DNA of 64,000 bases, taken from an uncultured Clostridia bacterium. GTDB taxonomy: Bacteria; Bacillota; Clostridia; TANB77; CAG-508. A program made the position numbers and the translations under genes. Location: assembly GCA_944392175.1 (NCBI GenBank), contig CALXVT010000004.1:10016-74015 (forward strand). Reading direction: 5' to 3'. The notes under the pieces are model-generated. The model was given only the letters and a program-made list of their open reading frames with translations. It searched no databases and had not been told where the DNA came from. Positions 16,400 through 26,917 of the stretch are shown in pieces; within the stretch, counting starts at the first letter, position 1, and every line of letters begins with the position of its first letter.

Positions 16400-19300
16400 A
16401 TGCAAAATAAAAGCAAAAAAATAATAATTATTAATATTATATTAGCTTTAATAGTTTTTTTGTTGGGAAATCTTTTATATAATGTAAATGCAGTAACAGT
16501 AGTTACAGATAAAGCTTTAGCACTCTTGGCAGAAAACAATACTGATACCTTTCTTTCACGAGATATTTATGCTACACATGGAAGTACAATAAAGTTGTAT
16601 GGTGGAACCAGTGATTCTGACAGTACTATAAGAGTAGTAACTGCAGCCTGTGTTGATGAGACACATGCATATCAAGGAGATGGTAGCTATACAGCGAAAG
16701 TTATTATGGATATAGATAACTCAACAGGATATACTGCTTCAGATGGTAGCCATAGTGGTTTGGTTATACGACAAGCTAATGGAACAACAACAAGAATTAC
16801 AGATTCTGATTTAGTAAAAAGAGCAAGGTTTATTGCAAGAATTGCATATTATATTCAACATGAAAGTGGTTGTGTAACTGGTAGCTCTCAAGGACCAGGT
16901 GTTACTCAAGGTAAATTAGATGGATTTTTCGAGGTAAATGTAATATGTTTAGCTAATCATTTAAGACCATATTTAGATGACTTTACAGGATCATATGATG
17001 ATCAAGAACCACCAACAGGTACAGGATGGCAAAGAGCAACTGCAGGAGGTGTAGACTATAGAACAACAACAGGAATATTTAATACTGCAGAAAGTTATTC
17101 AAGTAGTGCAAAAGCAAGTGGATTAAGTAATAAATCTGTAGGAGATGCAGAATATGAATATACAGACACAGAAACTATTATGGGACCATATAGAATTGCA
17201 AAAGAAGGAGATGCTAAAGTAACAAGTATTAAAGTAAAAGAAAAAGGCGGTTCTACATATGATGCAGTTGCTTTAGATGCAAATAAAAAACAAATCTCAT
17301 TAGACAACATTCCAAATAATTCAGACTTTTATATTAAAGTAAATAGAATAATTCCAGAGGTTGAAACTATTACTGTTAATGGAACAGGATCTGGAATTGT
17401 AGAAGCAAGATTAATAATGACAGAGGGTGACGGACAACAAAGATTAAGTATATTTGGTTCAAAAATGGGAGGTGGACAAATTTCATTTACACTTACACCA
17501 CCACCAGCAAGACCAATTTTAAAACAATATAAATATATAAAATCTATAAGTAGAAAACAAAATGATGGCACATATAAAACATTATTTACATTACCAGATT
17601 CAGAAATACCTCAAGTAACTGTTAAGAACAAAGGAAGAAATGATGCTGATGTTTCAAGTGTAATTTATCCAGATTATAGTAAATATACAGAAGTAGATGA
17701 ATCAGGAAGACCTATAGTATATGATGGAGACAAAATAGAATATAAATGGGTGGTTTATAATATAGGTCCAGGTAATAGTGCACCGGGAACTTCGGTTGCA
17801 TTTACAGATAAAGCTGATAAGGGACTGGTATTAGATGAAACCAATACAAATGGTTGGACAGAATCAGGCTCTACTAATACACAAAATGTATATAAGAAAA
17901 CAATTAAAATTGCAAAATCACTTACAGGATTTAGAGGTACTGCTGAAACGCCAACATCATATTATGGTTCAGATACATCAATATACTTTGAAGTTGTATT
18001 AGAAAATGTTGTAGATGCTAATAAAGAACCACAAGTACTAAGTAATAACAGTAGTAATCCAGTAAGGTTTAAAGAGCCAAAATATGTAGCTTACAAATAC
18101 ATTAAATCAATACAAAGAAGAGAAAAAGATGGCTCATATAGTACATTATTTGATGTAGATGATAGTGATAAGCCAACTATAACAGTTGCAAATGCAGGAA
18201 GAAACGATGCTTATGTAACAAATGTTACATATCCAGATTATGCTAAATATATAAACGATAAAGATGAAGAAAAAGAATTAGATAATGGTGTACCAGTTGT
18301 ATATGATGGTGATAAAGTAGAGTATAGATGGGTAATATACAACATAGGACCAGGACCAAGCAAACCTGGAGACACATATACTTTAATAGATAAACCAGAA
18401 ACAGGACTAGATATTGATAATGCAAATGGATGGACTGAAAATAATGATGGTAACTTTGAAAAAACAATAACATTACAAAATTCTTTACCAGGCTTAACAA
18501 GTGCAAATAATTCTCCTTCATTCCATATGGGAGATCATACATCAATTTACTTTATAGTAAATGGCAGAGATAAGATTGATAATGCATCAGATGATGATGA
18601 AATTTATAACAATGATGTGCCAGTATTTATAAAATTAAGATTAGCCGGAATGTTATTCTATGATCAAACAACAGATAAAGCAAATGAAGAAAATGGTTAC
18701 TTTGATACAGAATCTGGAGATTATTATCTAGAAGACTATAATGTATATTTATATAAAGATGGTCAAAGAGTTGCAGAAACACAAACAGATGCATCTGGAT
18801 ATTATGAATTTGAGAACTTAGATATATATAGTATATATTATGTAAGTTTCGAATATAATGGACAACTTTATGAACCAACAACATATGATTGCCAAGCAAC
18901 AACAGATATAACAAGAAAATCATATGGAACAGATGGTGTAGAAAACAGACAAAACTTTAATAAGAAGTTTGAAAATGTAAATGGTAACAGCAACTTCCCA
19001 GACAGAGATGATGTAAATAATCCAGAATTTATAATATATGCTTATACAGGACCAGATGGTCAAGGAAGTAGAACATATAACAGTAAAGATACAACAGAAA
19101 CTTTGGAAAACATTAACTTTGGTATTAAGGGAAGAGAGCAATTCGACTTTAACTTAAGAAAAGATTTAGACAATGTAGAATTAAGAATTAATGGAAAAAC
19201 ACATACATATGACTATCCAGGGGGAGATTTACCTCTAGATGTAGATGTAAGAGGTACAGATGTTGGAATTTATGAAAGAATGATAAGAAAAGAAGATTTA

Positions 19301-21691
19301 TCATATAGAGGAAATGACAGACTAGAAATATATATAACATATTTACTTCAAATACAAAATGAATCTGTTGGTGAAATAACAGGTTATGTAACAGATTTAA
19401 ATGATTACTATGACTCTTCATATGTTTATGTTGATTCATGGGATGAAAATAATACAGCTATAAACTGGTCTCAAAGCGGAACAGTTTCAGGAAATGGAGT
19501 AACATATAATAAAATGCATACAACCGATTTGGCAGATGATGGTATAACAAACCTAAAATATGTATATGTAAGATTCAGAGTAACAAATGAAACAATTGAG
19601 CAATTAGCTGAAACAGAAAACATGACGACAGAAGAGAATTTAGCAGAGATTGCTGCATATAGAAATACATATACAAATGATAGATATGATAAGAATGGCA
19701 AGAAAATAACAAATGCTGGTGAAGTTGCAGGATTATTAGATGTAGACTCTGTACCAGATAACATGGATCCAGTTAGCTCAACAGTTCAAGACTTCTTAGA
19801 TGAAATTAAAACAGATGAATATCAAAACTTATCTGGAAAAGAAAAAACATCAAGAAGTAGAGCAGTATTCGAAGATGATGCTGACTCAGCTCCACCATTA
19901 AGACTTATACCAGGAGAACCAAGAACTATAAGTGGTGTAGTATTTGAAGATTCACCATTAGCTGAAAAATTACAAGAAAATGAAAGAATTGGTGATGGGG
20001 AATATCAAGATGATGAATTTAAAGTAAACGAAGTAAATGTTGAATTAATTGAAATCGGAGATAATGATGATGATGTAAATAATTATTATCCAAGTGATGA
20101 TAATGTGGGAGCAGATGGAAATCACATATCAGATGTAAGTGTACGTACAAATGCTAACGGAGAATACACAATTACAGGATATATCCCAGGAGATTACATT
20201 TTAAGATTTACTTATGGTGATAATGAATGTTTAGTAGCAGATCAAGCAAATACAGGAGAAATGTATACTGGTCAAGATTTTAAATCTACATTATATACTA
20301 GAGAAAATTATGAAGGTGAAAATAATTACTGGTATGCAGAAACTTCACCTAGAAGCAATGATGCTACAGATAATCAAGACAGAAGAGAAGAAGTAAATTC
20401 ATACAGTAGAACATTACAATATAGTAATGCAGTTGTATTAGATCAAAACAAAGATTCAAGCAATCTTGCTGAATTAGCTGATAAAACACATATGTTTGCA
20501 GATACTGCAACAATGTATATGGAAATTGAATATACTGGCGATGAAAATCAAGAATATAATGTAACAAATGTTGACTTTGGTATTATAGAAAGACCAAGAA
20601 CAAAAGTAATATTACAAAAGAATGTGGATTTAGTTAAATTATCAGCTACAGATGGAAGTACTATATTTAACGCATCAGATACAGCTCCAGAATTAACATG
20701 GAATGAAAATAAATATAATAATAATAGAGAATTAGTAACAAGAGGTATAATAGAAGGTACAGTTGATGAAAACTTATTATATGGTGCAACAGCACAAGTA
20801 AGCTATACATTTAAAATTATAAATGATAGTGAAATAGATTATAATGATTTAGATTACTACGAAAAAGGTATTAAACCTGATGATAGTAAATTAAATAAAA
20901 TAAATGTAAATAAAATAATAGATTATATACCAAATATATTCTATTATGATGAAACATTAACTAAAGCAAATGGTGAACTTATAATTAATGAAAATTCAGC
21001 AATACCAGAAGATGCAACAGGTACGACAAAACCTGCAGATGCAAGTGTATGGGAAGTTAAAAAATCAAGAATTGAAAATATACCAGCATTAAATTCTGCA
21101 GAATATAGAACAAGTGGAAGCGAATTATTAGCAGAAGATGTATTTAACTCAATAAATACTAATATTGATACAGTTGTACAATTCCCAGGTAGCAACTATC
21201 CATCAGAGATGACAAGCTTAATAGATTCTGATCCTACAAAATCTAAAGGTTTATTAGCACCTGATGGAGAAGTAAAACTAAAGAATGTATTAACATTAAC
21301 AAGAGTAATTGCAAGTAACGAAGACTTTGAAAGAACAAATGCACCAGTAGAAAATGTTGCAGAAATTATACAATTAACAATTGATAATGGTAGAAGACCA
21401 TATTATGAATCAACAAGAGATGCTACAACTGGAGAAGTAATAGGTGATAATGGAGAAAACGGATCTGGTGGTCCAACAATTACAACATTAGTTACAGAAA
21501 CACCAGGTAATGCAAATCCAATGGATCCTACAACATGGTTTGAAGTTGATACAGCAGTATCAGAAGAAGTTCACTTTATAGTACCATTTGGACAAAATAG
21601 ACAAGTTACATTAATTATTGTTTTAATTGTTGCACTTGGACTATTAGTTACAGGTATATATGTTATTAAGAAAAAAGTTTTATTAAAATAA
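16400..21691 (+). CDS. giant surface protein B (putative thioester domain, internal duplicated Ig domain, SdrD-B-like domains, C-terminal anchor)
   Basis: Signal peptide; ACVDE...GQQRL; two copies of YKYIKSI...VYDGDK.EY.WV.YNIGPG; RTISG.VFED; IVPFG followed by TM and KKKVLLK. Confidence 0.85.
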   Translation: MQNKSKKIIIINIILALIVFLLGNLLYNVNAVTVVTDKALALLAENNTDTFLSRDIYATHGSTIKLYGGTSDSDSTIRVVTAACVDETHAYQGDGSYTAKVIMDIDNSTGYTASDGSHSGLVIRQANGTTTRITDSDLVKRARFIARIAYYIQHESGCVTGSSQGPGVTQGKLDGFFEVNVICLANHLRPYLDDFTGSYDDQEPPTGTGWQRATAGGVDYRTTTGIFNTAESYSSSAKASGLSNKSVGDAEYEYTDTETIMGPYRIAKEGDAKVTSIKVKEKGGSTYDAVALDANKKQISLDNIPNNSDFYIKVNRIIPEVETITVNGTGSGIVEARLIMTEGDGQQRLSIFGSKMGGGQISFTLTPPPARPILKQYKYIKSISRKQNDGTYKTLFTLPDSEIPQVTVKNKGRNDADVSSVIYPDYSKYTEVDESGRPIVYDGDKIEYKWVVYNIGPGNSAPGTSVAFTDKADKGLVLDETNTNGWTESGSTNTQNVYKKTIKIAKSLTGFRGTAETPTSYYGSDTSIYFEVVLENVVDANKEPQVLSNNSSNPVRFKEPKYVAYKYIKSIQRREKDGSYSTLFDVDDSDKPTITVANAGRNDAYVTNVTYPDYAKYINDKDEEKELDNGVPVVYDGDKVEYRWVIYNIGPGPSKPGDTYTLIDKPETGLDIDNANGWTENNDGNFEKTITLQNSLPGLTSANNSPSFHMGDHTSIYFIVNGRDKIDNASDDDEIYNNDVPVFIKLRLAGMLFYDQTTDKANEENGYFDTESGDYYLEDYNVYLYKDGQRVAETQTDASGYYEFENLDIYSIYYVSFEYNGQLYEPTTYDCQATTDITRKSYGTDGVENRQNFNKKFENVNGNSNFPDRDDVNNPEFIIYAYTGPDGQGSRTYNSKDTTETLENINFGIKGREQFDFNLRKDLDNVELRINGKTHTYDYPGGDLPLDVDVRGTDVGIYERMIRKEDLSYRGNDRLEIYITYLLQIQNESVGEITGYVTDLNDYYDSSYVYVDSWDENNTAINWSQSGTVSGNGVTYNKMHTTDLADDGITNLKYVYVRFRVTNETIEQLAETENMTTEENLAEIAAYRNTYTNDRYDKNGKKITNAGEVAGLLDVDSVPDNMDPVSSTVQDFLDEIKTDEYQNLSGKEKTSRSRAVFEDDADSAPPLRLIPGEPRTISGVVFEDSPLAEKLQENERIGDGEYQDDEFKVNEVNVELIEIGDNDDDVNNYYPSDDNVGADGNHISDVSVRTNANGEYTITGYIPGDYILRFTYGDNECLVADQANTGEMYTGQDFKSTLYTRENYEGENNYWYAETSPRSNDATDNQDRREEVNSYSRTLQYSNAVVLDQNKDSSNLAELADKTHMFADTATMYMEIEYTGDENQEYNVTNVDFGIIERPRTKVILQKNVDLVKLSATDGSTIFNASDTAPELTWNENKYNNNRELVTRGIIEGTVDENLLYGATAQVSYTFKIINDSEIDYNDLDYYEKGIKPDDSKLNKINVNKIIDYIPNIFYYDETLTKANGELIINENSAIPEDATGTTKPADASVWEVKKSRIENIPALNSAEYRTSGSELLAEDVFNSINTNIDTVVQFPGSNYPSEMTSLIDSDPTKSKGLLAPDGEVKLKNVLTLTRVIASNEDFERTNAPVENVAEIIQLTIDNGRRPYYESTRDATTGEVIGDNGENGSGGPTITTLVTETPGNANPMDPTTWFEVDTAVSEEVHFIVPFGQNRQVTLIIVLIVALGLLVTGIYVIKKKVLLK

Positions 21692-21701
21692 TAAAATTTA
21701 A

Positions 21702-21732
21702 AAGAGGATGACCTAGTTTAGGACATCCTCTT
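21702..21732 (+). terminator. hairpin after gene B (probable terminator, weak U-tract)
   Basis: AAGAGGATG...CATCCTCTT. Confidence 0.55.
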
Positions 21733-21823
21733 AAAATATATTAGAAAGCTACAAACCTACGGAAAATCCGGCTTTTAGGATTAAAATTTTAAAATAATTT
21801 AATGCTAAAAAAATAAACAAAAA

Positions 21824-21865
21824 TGTAATAAAAAAATAATAAAAGCGCCAAAAATAACATCCGTA
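21824..21865 (+). promoter_or_regulatory. shared adhesin-locus motif
   Basis: TGTAATAAAA (21824) and TAAAAGCGCCAAAAATAACATCCGTA (21840-21865). Confidence 0.5.
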
Positions 21866-21961
21866 AAGACATAAAAAACATACCTAAATACAGCTATTTA
21901 CTAGACAAAAATAAATTTGTAAAATAATAAAAGGTAAAAATGGATATAAGGAGAGTAAAGC

Positions 21962-24900
21962 GTGTTGAAAAGAATAATATCTAATAAGGTAATAGCATTT
22001 TTAATTTTATTATTAATAATATTGGCAGAAGTATTAGTAATACCTGTTAAGGCATATGCTACTAATGATGAGTTTAATAAACAAAATAACAATACAAATA
22101 ACAGCAATGTAAAATTTGATACTTTTTTTACAGAAGGTGATGTTAATACACGTAATATCACTGTTACTAATAATGCATTAATTAATTTTAATTTTGAAGT
22201 CCAAAAAGGCTATTTAACAAATGTAAAAGTACAAATACAAAATCCAAATTTTAATTTAAACAATTCAAATAATGTTGATATAATTGGGATTACTGATAAT
22301 ATTATAACTTTTAAAGATATTAATGGTATAAGCAATATCCAAATTCCAATAGAAATGCCAATAAAAGATAAAATGAAATTAGAAGATATAGAAAAGGAAA
22401 CTACTGTCTTATTTCAAGCAACATATATAAACAATAATGGTAGAGAAATTAATATAAAAAAGGAATTAAATTTAAAACTTAAATGGAATTTAAATACAGA
22501 ATTTAATCTATCAGGAGAATTAATTAGCTTTATTGCAAATGGAGAAAAAACATTATTAGGTCAAAAAATAAACTTAAGTCCAAAAGATAGAAAAAATCCT
22601 ATTAAAGAAACAAAAATTGCAGTTAATGTACCACAAATTGGAGACTATCTACCAGAAGAAGTAAGAGTTTCTGCAAATTCTACAAAAGCAACTAATGGAG
22701 ATACATATGGAGTTAATTTTGGAAATAATAATTATTCATATAATGCAGAATCAAAACAATTATTAATACAAGTACAAAATAATGCAAATGAAAATAGCGA
22801 AATTAGTTTTATAGCAGATAAAGATGAATATTTAATTACTTATGTATATAATAAACCAATTAATGAATTATTAAAAAGCGAAATAAATGTTTCATCAGAT
22901 GTAAGTTCGCAAATAACTACATATGGTTCTGAAACTATAATACAAAATAATGATAAAAAAGATTATATAATTAATAAACAGGTAGGAAGTAATATTTCAG
23001 CAGAGATATACTGTAATGACCAAATAAATAAAGGTTTCCTATATGATAATTATAATGAAACAACTTATAATTTATATTATAAAATTAATATAAATAATAA
23101 AGATGCTAATAATACAATAAATATTAACACAAATACTCCAATAATAAATTTAGGACAAAATGAGGGAACAACAGATAAAATATATTTTAAGCAATTAGCA
23201 ATAAAAGAAGATTTATTTAAAAAGATTTTAGGTGAAAATGGTTATATAAATATATTTGATAATAATAATAACCTTATAGGTAAAATAACTAAAGATACAG
23301 AAAAAAACAGTGCTGGTGAATTAGAAGTAACATACTCAGATTATCAAAAAAATATAAGAATAGAGATAAGTAAGCCACAAGTAGAAGGATATATTGAATT
23401 AAGAAATTATAAAGTAATAGACAAAAAATTAAATTATAATATTAATTTAGTTAAACAATTCGAATCAATAAAAGAAAGAATTAAAATTGATAAAAATTAT
23501 GAAAAAGACATTAAATTAAACGAAACATATACAAAAGTTGATTTAACTATGGATAATACTAATTTTACTCCATATGTAGATAATAATGTTAATATGACAT
23601 TAAACCTTGTAACAAATAGTAATAAATATGATTTGTTTAAAAATCCAGAGATAAAAATCGTATTTCCAGAAGAGATAGAAAAAATAGATATTAAAGAAAT
23701 ATCACTATTATATAATACAGAATTAAAATTAGAATCTGCAGATTTAAATAATAGAGAGCTTACAATAAAACTATCTGGAGAAGAAACTAATTATAAACTA
23801 GGAATACAAGAGGGAACAAAAATATTAATTCCAGCAGTTATTAGATTAAAAAATACAGTATCTACTAAAGAAACTAATCTAAAAATGACATATTCAAATG
23901 ACTTGGCAGAAAATACAGAATATAGTGTTCAAAATAAAGATTGCATAAATGTTCCATTTAATATTAATGCAAAATCTGGATTAATTACTGTTTCTTCTTT
24001 AAGTGGATATAATGAAAAAGAGACACAACTTGCTTTAGATGAAAATACAGTTAAAGCTCAATTGGAGCTAAACTCTACAGCAAAAACAGCTAATGTAAAT
24101 ACTACAATTGTAAACAATTATGAAAGTGAAATAAGTAATGTAAGAATTATAGGAAAAATACCTTTTGTAGGAAATACAAACTTAAATGGTGAGGACTTTG
24201 GAAGTACATTTGATGCAAAATTAAAACAAGAATTAAACGCAAAGGGAATAAATGCTACAGTTTATTATTCTGAAAATAATGAAACAGATGAAAATAGTGC
24301 AAATTGGAAATCTGAAATAGAAAATATACAAAATGCTAAATCATATAAAATAGTTTTAAATAAAAATATAGCTAAGTCAGAAGAATTTAATTTTAATTTT
24401 GATTTTATGATTCCAGAGCAACTTACAGCAAATCAGAAAACATTTTTAACATATACTGTAAGATATGATTTAGGAGGACAAAATCTAGAGACATCACAAA
24501 CATTTTGTTTAGCTACTCCAGAAATTAAAAATGAAATTACAAATAATGTTACAACTGGAGAAGTTGGTTCATTAGATATGAATGTAAAAGAAATTTTAGG
24601 TGATACAGAGCTAGAAAATAATAGTGATGTTTATGAAGGACAAGTATTAAGATTTGAAATAGAAGTAACTAATAATACAAGTTCTGATATTTCTAATATA
24701 TCTGTAGAAGCTAATATACCTGAAGATGCAGTTTATGTAAGTAGATATGATATTTATGAACCTATTAGTGAACAAGAACTATTAGATACATTTAAAGAGG
24801 AAGAGAGAGAAAATGTTTTATTTAATGTAGATACATTAAAAGTTAATGAAACTAAAAAAATGGTTTACGAAATAAAAATTGCTGAAACAGAGAATCAAAA

Positions 24901-26914
24901 ACTAACATCTATTATAGATTTAAAAGTGAATAATGAAACTTTTAAAGAAATAAAAATAGATAATAATATAAAAGATGCAAAGATTACTACAGAATTATTT
25001 GTCAAGAGAAGTAGTGCAGTTATAGAAAATACAAATTTTTCATATGTATATAAGGTGAAGAATAATACAAACGAAAGTATTTCAAATATAAAAGCTACAA
25101 TAGAAATACCTAAAAATATAGAAATATCAGAATATTATATTTTGGCTAGTGGATTGGAAGATGATATTAATAATACTGAAAATGCAACATTTGACGTAAA
25201 TAATAATATGGTAACATGTAATGTTAAAACTTTAGAGAGTGGACAAGAAGCAAGATTTGCGATTATAGGAAATATAAAATATATAGAATCTGTTGATCAA
25301 GAAATAACTACCTTTGCTAATACATATGTAGGAAATGAGACATATAAATCAAATTTAAGTATTATACCAATAAAAGGTGCGGATGTAACAATTACCAAGA
25401 GTTCACCAACAATGAACCAAGAAGTTACAAATGGAGATACAATAACTTATAATATTACTGTTACAAATAATAGCCAAGATGCAGAATCACAAGTGTATAT
25501 AATAGATAGATTACCAAAAGAAGTTACAGCAGAGCAAGTACATTTTAATCAATTTAATTATGCCTCAATTACAGAAGAAAACACATATTCAGAAGAAGAA
25601 AAAGATGTGGATTTAAGTGTCGTAATAGAGGAAACCAACGATACTTCAGATAATAGTAGAGTAATGGTTAATTATGATAAAGAACAGAATATTCTTACAA
25701 TTCCAAGTATGCTTCCAGCTGGCAAAACAATTAATATTTCAATAGAAGTAAAAGTTGATAAAGTTACAGAAGATAAAGAATTAATAAATATAGCAGAAGT
25801 AAATGGAGATTATGTTGTTTCTAAAACATCTAATGAGGTAAAACATTTTGCAAAATACTATTCAAATAATCCAAATAATCCTACAAATCCAAGCAATCCA
25901 GATGATCCAAATGATCCTAATCAACAAGATGGTAGATACAGCATTAATGGTTCTGTTTGGGTAGATGAAAATGAAAATGGAATAATGGATTCAGATGAAG
26001 GATTAGCTTATGGTAACGAAATTACTGTTGTAGATGCAGAAACTTCAGAAATTGCAGAAAATGCAGTAGGTCAAAAAATAGAAGCAAAATCTTCTGGAAC
26101 AGGATATACCTTAAGTGGATTAGAGCCAGGGAAATATATAGTTATATTTAAATATGATAGAAATAATTACAAAATAACGCAATATAAAAAAGAAGGCGCA
26201 AGTGAAGTATTAACTTCAAAAGCAATAGCTACAACTGCAAAAATTGATGGAAATACAGAATATGTTGGTATGACAGATGTAATAGAGATTACAAATAGTA
26301 ATGTAAGCTATATTAATATGGGGCTTGTAAGAACATCAACATTTGATATAGGTATAGATAAAGTATTATCAGGAATTCAAACAATTCAAAAAAATGGACA
26401 ACAAAAAACATACACATATGATAATGTAAAAATGGGAAAATTGGAAATTGCAGGAAAAAATATAGAAGGAACAACTGTTAATATAGAATATACAATTACA
26501 ATATCAAATAATGGACAGACAAAAGGATATATTCAGTCTATAATAGATGAATTACCTGATGGTTTAGAATTTAATCAATTATTAAATGATAACTGGTATG
26601 AAGAAAATGGTAGATTATATAATACCGAAATTACTGAATTAAATGCAGGAGAATCAAAACAAGTTAAATTAATTTTAACTAAATTATTAACACAGGAAAA
26701 TTTAGGAATATTTAACAATACAGCATTATTTGCAGCAACAAACGCAAATGATGCAATGGATAGTAATCAATCTAATAATCAATCTAGTGCTAGATTAATT
26801 ATTGGTACAAGTACAGGTAGAACAATATTTAATGTAGTGGTAATGATAATTTTATTAAGTATAATAGCAGGAGGAATTTATTTTATAAAAAGATTTAATA
26901 CAGAAAGGAGGTAG
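21962..26914 (+). CDS. giant surface protein A' (paralogue of A)
   Basis: Colinear with A: FDTFF/FDAYF, YDLF.NP, VY.GQ.L..., Pro/Asn linker, YSINGSVWVDEN, IGTSTG followed by TM and a basic tail; GTG start with GGAG SD. Confidence 0.85.
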   Translation: MLKRIISNKVIAFLILLLIILAEVLVIPVKAYATNDEFNKQNNNTNNSNVKFDTFFTEGDVNTRNITVTNNALINFNFEVQKGYLTNVKVQIQNPNFNLNNSNNVDIIGITDNIITFKDINGISNIQIPIEMPIKDKMKLEDIEKETTVLFQATYINNNGREINIKKELNLKLKWNLNTEFNLSGELISFIANGEKTLLGQKINLSPKDRKNPIKETKIAVNVPQIGDYLPEEVRVSANSTKATNGDTYGVNFGNNNYSYNAESKQLLIQVQNNANENSEISFIADKDEYLITYVYNKPINELLKSEINVSSDVSSQITTYGSETIIQNNDKKDYIINKQVGSNISAEIYCNDQINKGFLYDNYNETTYNLYYKININNKDANNTININTNTPIINLGQNEGTTDKIYFKQLAIKEDLFKKILGENGYINIFDNNNNLIGKITKDTEKNSAGELEVTYSDYQKNIRIEISKPQVEGYIELRNYKVIDKKLNYNINLVKQFESIKERIKIDKNYEKDIKLNETYTKVDLTMDNTNFTPYVDNNVNMTLNLVTNSNKYDLFKNPEIKIVFPEEIEKIDIKEISLLYNTELKLESADLNNRELTIKLSGEETNYKLGIQEGTKILIPAVIRLKNTVSTKETNLKMTYSNDLAENTEYSVQNKDCINVPFNINAKSGLITVSSLSGYNEKETQLALDENTVKAQLELNSTAKTANVNTTIVNNYESEISNVRIIGKIPFVGNTNLNGEDFGSTFDAKLKQELNAKGINATVYYSENNETDENSANWKSEIENIQNAKSYKIVLNKNIAKSEEFNFNFDFMIPEQLTANQKTFLTYTVRYDLGGQNLETSQTFCLATPEIKNEITNNVTTGEVGSLDMNVKEILGDTELENNSDVYEGQVLRFEIEVTNNTSSDISNISVEANIPEDAVYVSRYDIYEPISEQELLDTFKEEERENVLFNVDTLKVNETKKMVYEIKIAETENQKLTSIIDLKVNNETFKEIKIDNNIKDAKITTELFVKRSSAVIENTNFSYVYKVKNNTNESISNIKATIEIPKNIEISEYYILASGLEDDINNTENATFDVNNNMVTCNVKTLESGQEARFAIIGNIKYIESVDQEITTFANTYVGNETYKSNLSIIPIKGADVTITKSSPTMNQEVTNGDTITYNITVTNNSQDAESQVYIIDRLPKEVTAEQVHFNQFNYASITEENTYSEEEKDVDLSVVIEETNDTSDNSRVMVNYDKEQNILTIPSMLPAGKTINISIEVKVDKVTEDKELINIAEVNGDYVVSKTSNEVKHFAKYYSNNPNNPTNPSNPDDPNDPNQQDGRYSINGSVWVDENENGIMDSDEGLAYGNEITVVDAETSEIAENAVGQKIEAKSSGTGYTLSGLEPGKYIVIFKYDRNNYKITQYKKEGASEVLTSKAIATTAKIDGNTEYVGMTDVIEITNSNVSYINMGLVRTSTFDIGIDKVLSGIQTIQKNGQQKTYTYDNVKMGKLEIAGKNIEGTTVNIEYTITISNNGQTKGYIQSIIDELPDGLEFNQLLNDNWYEENGRLYNTEITELNAGESKQVKLILTKLLTQENLGIFNNTALFAATNANDAMDSNQSNNQSSARLIIGTSTGRTIFNVVVMIILLSIIAGGIYFIKRFNTERR

Positions 26915-26917
26915 GAA

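Noticed and set aside
21758-21865. Invertible promoter bounded by TACGGA (21758) and TCCGTA (21860)
   Set aside because: The inverted repeat is only 6-7 bp, the likely promoter lies outside the segment, and no recombinase is nearby.
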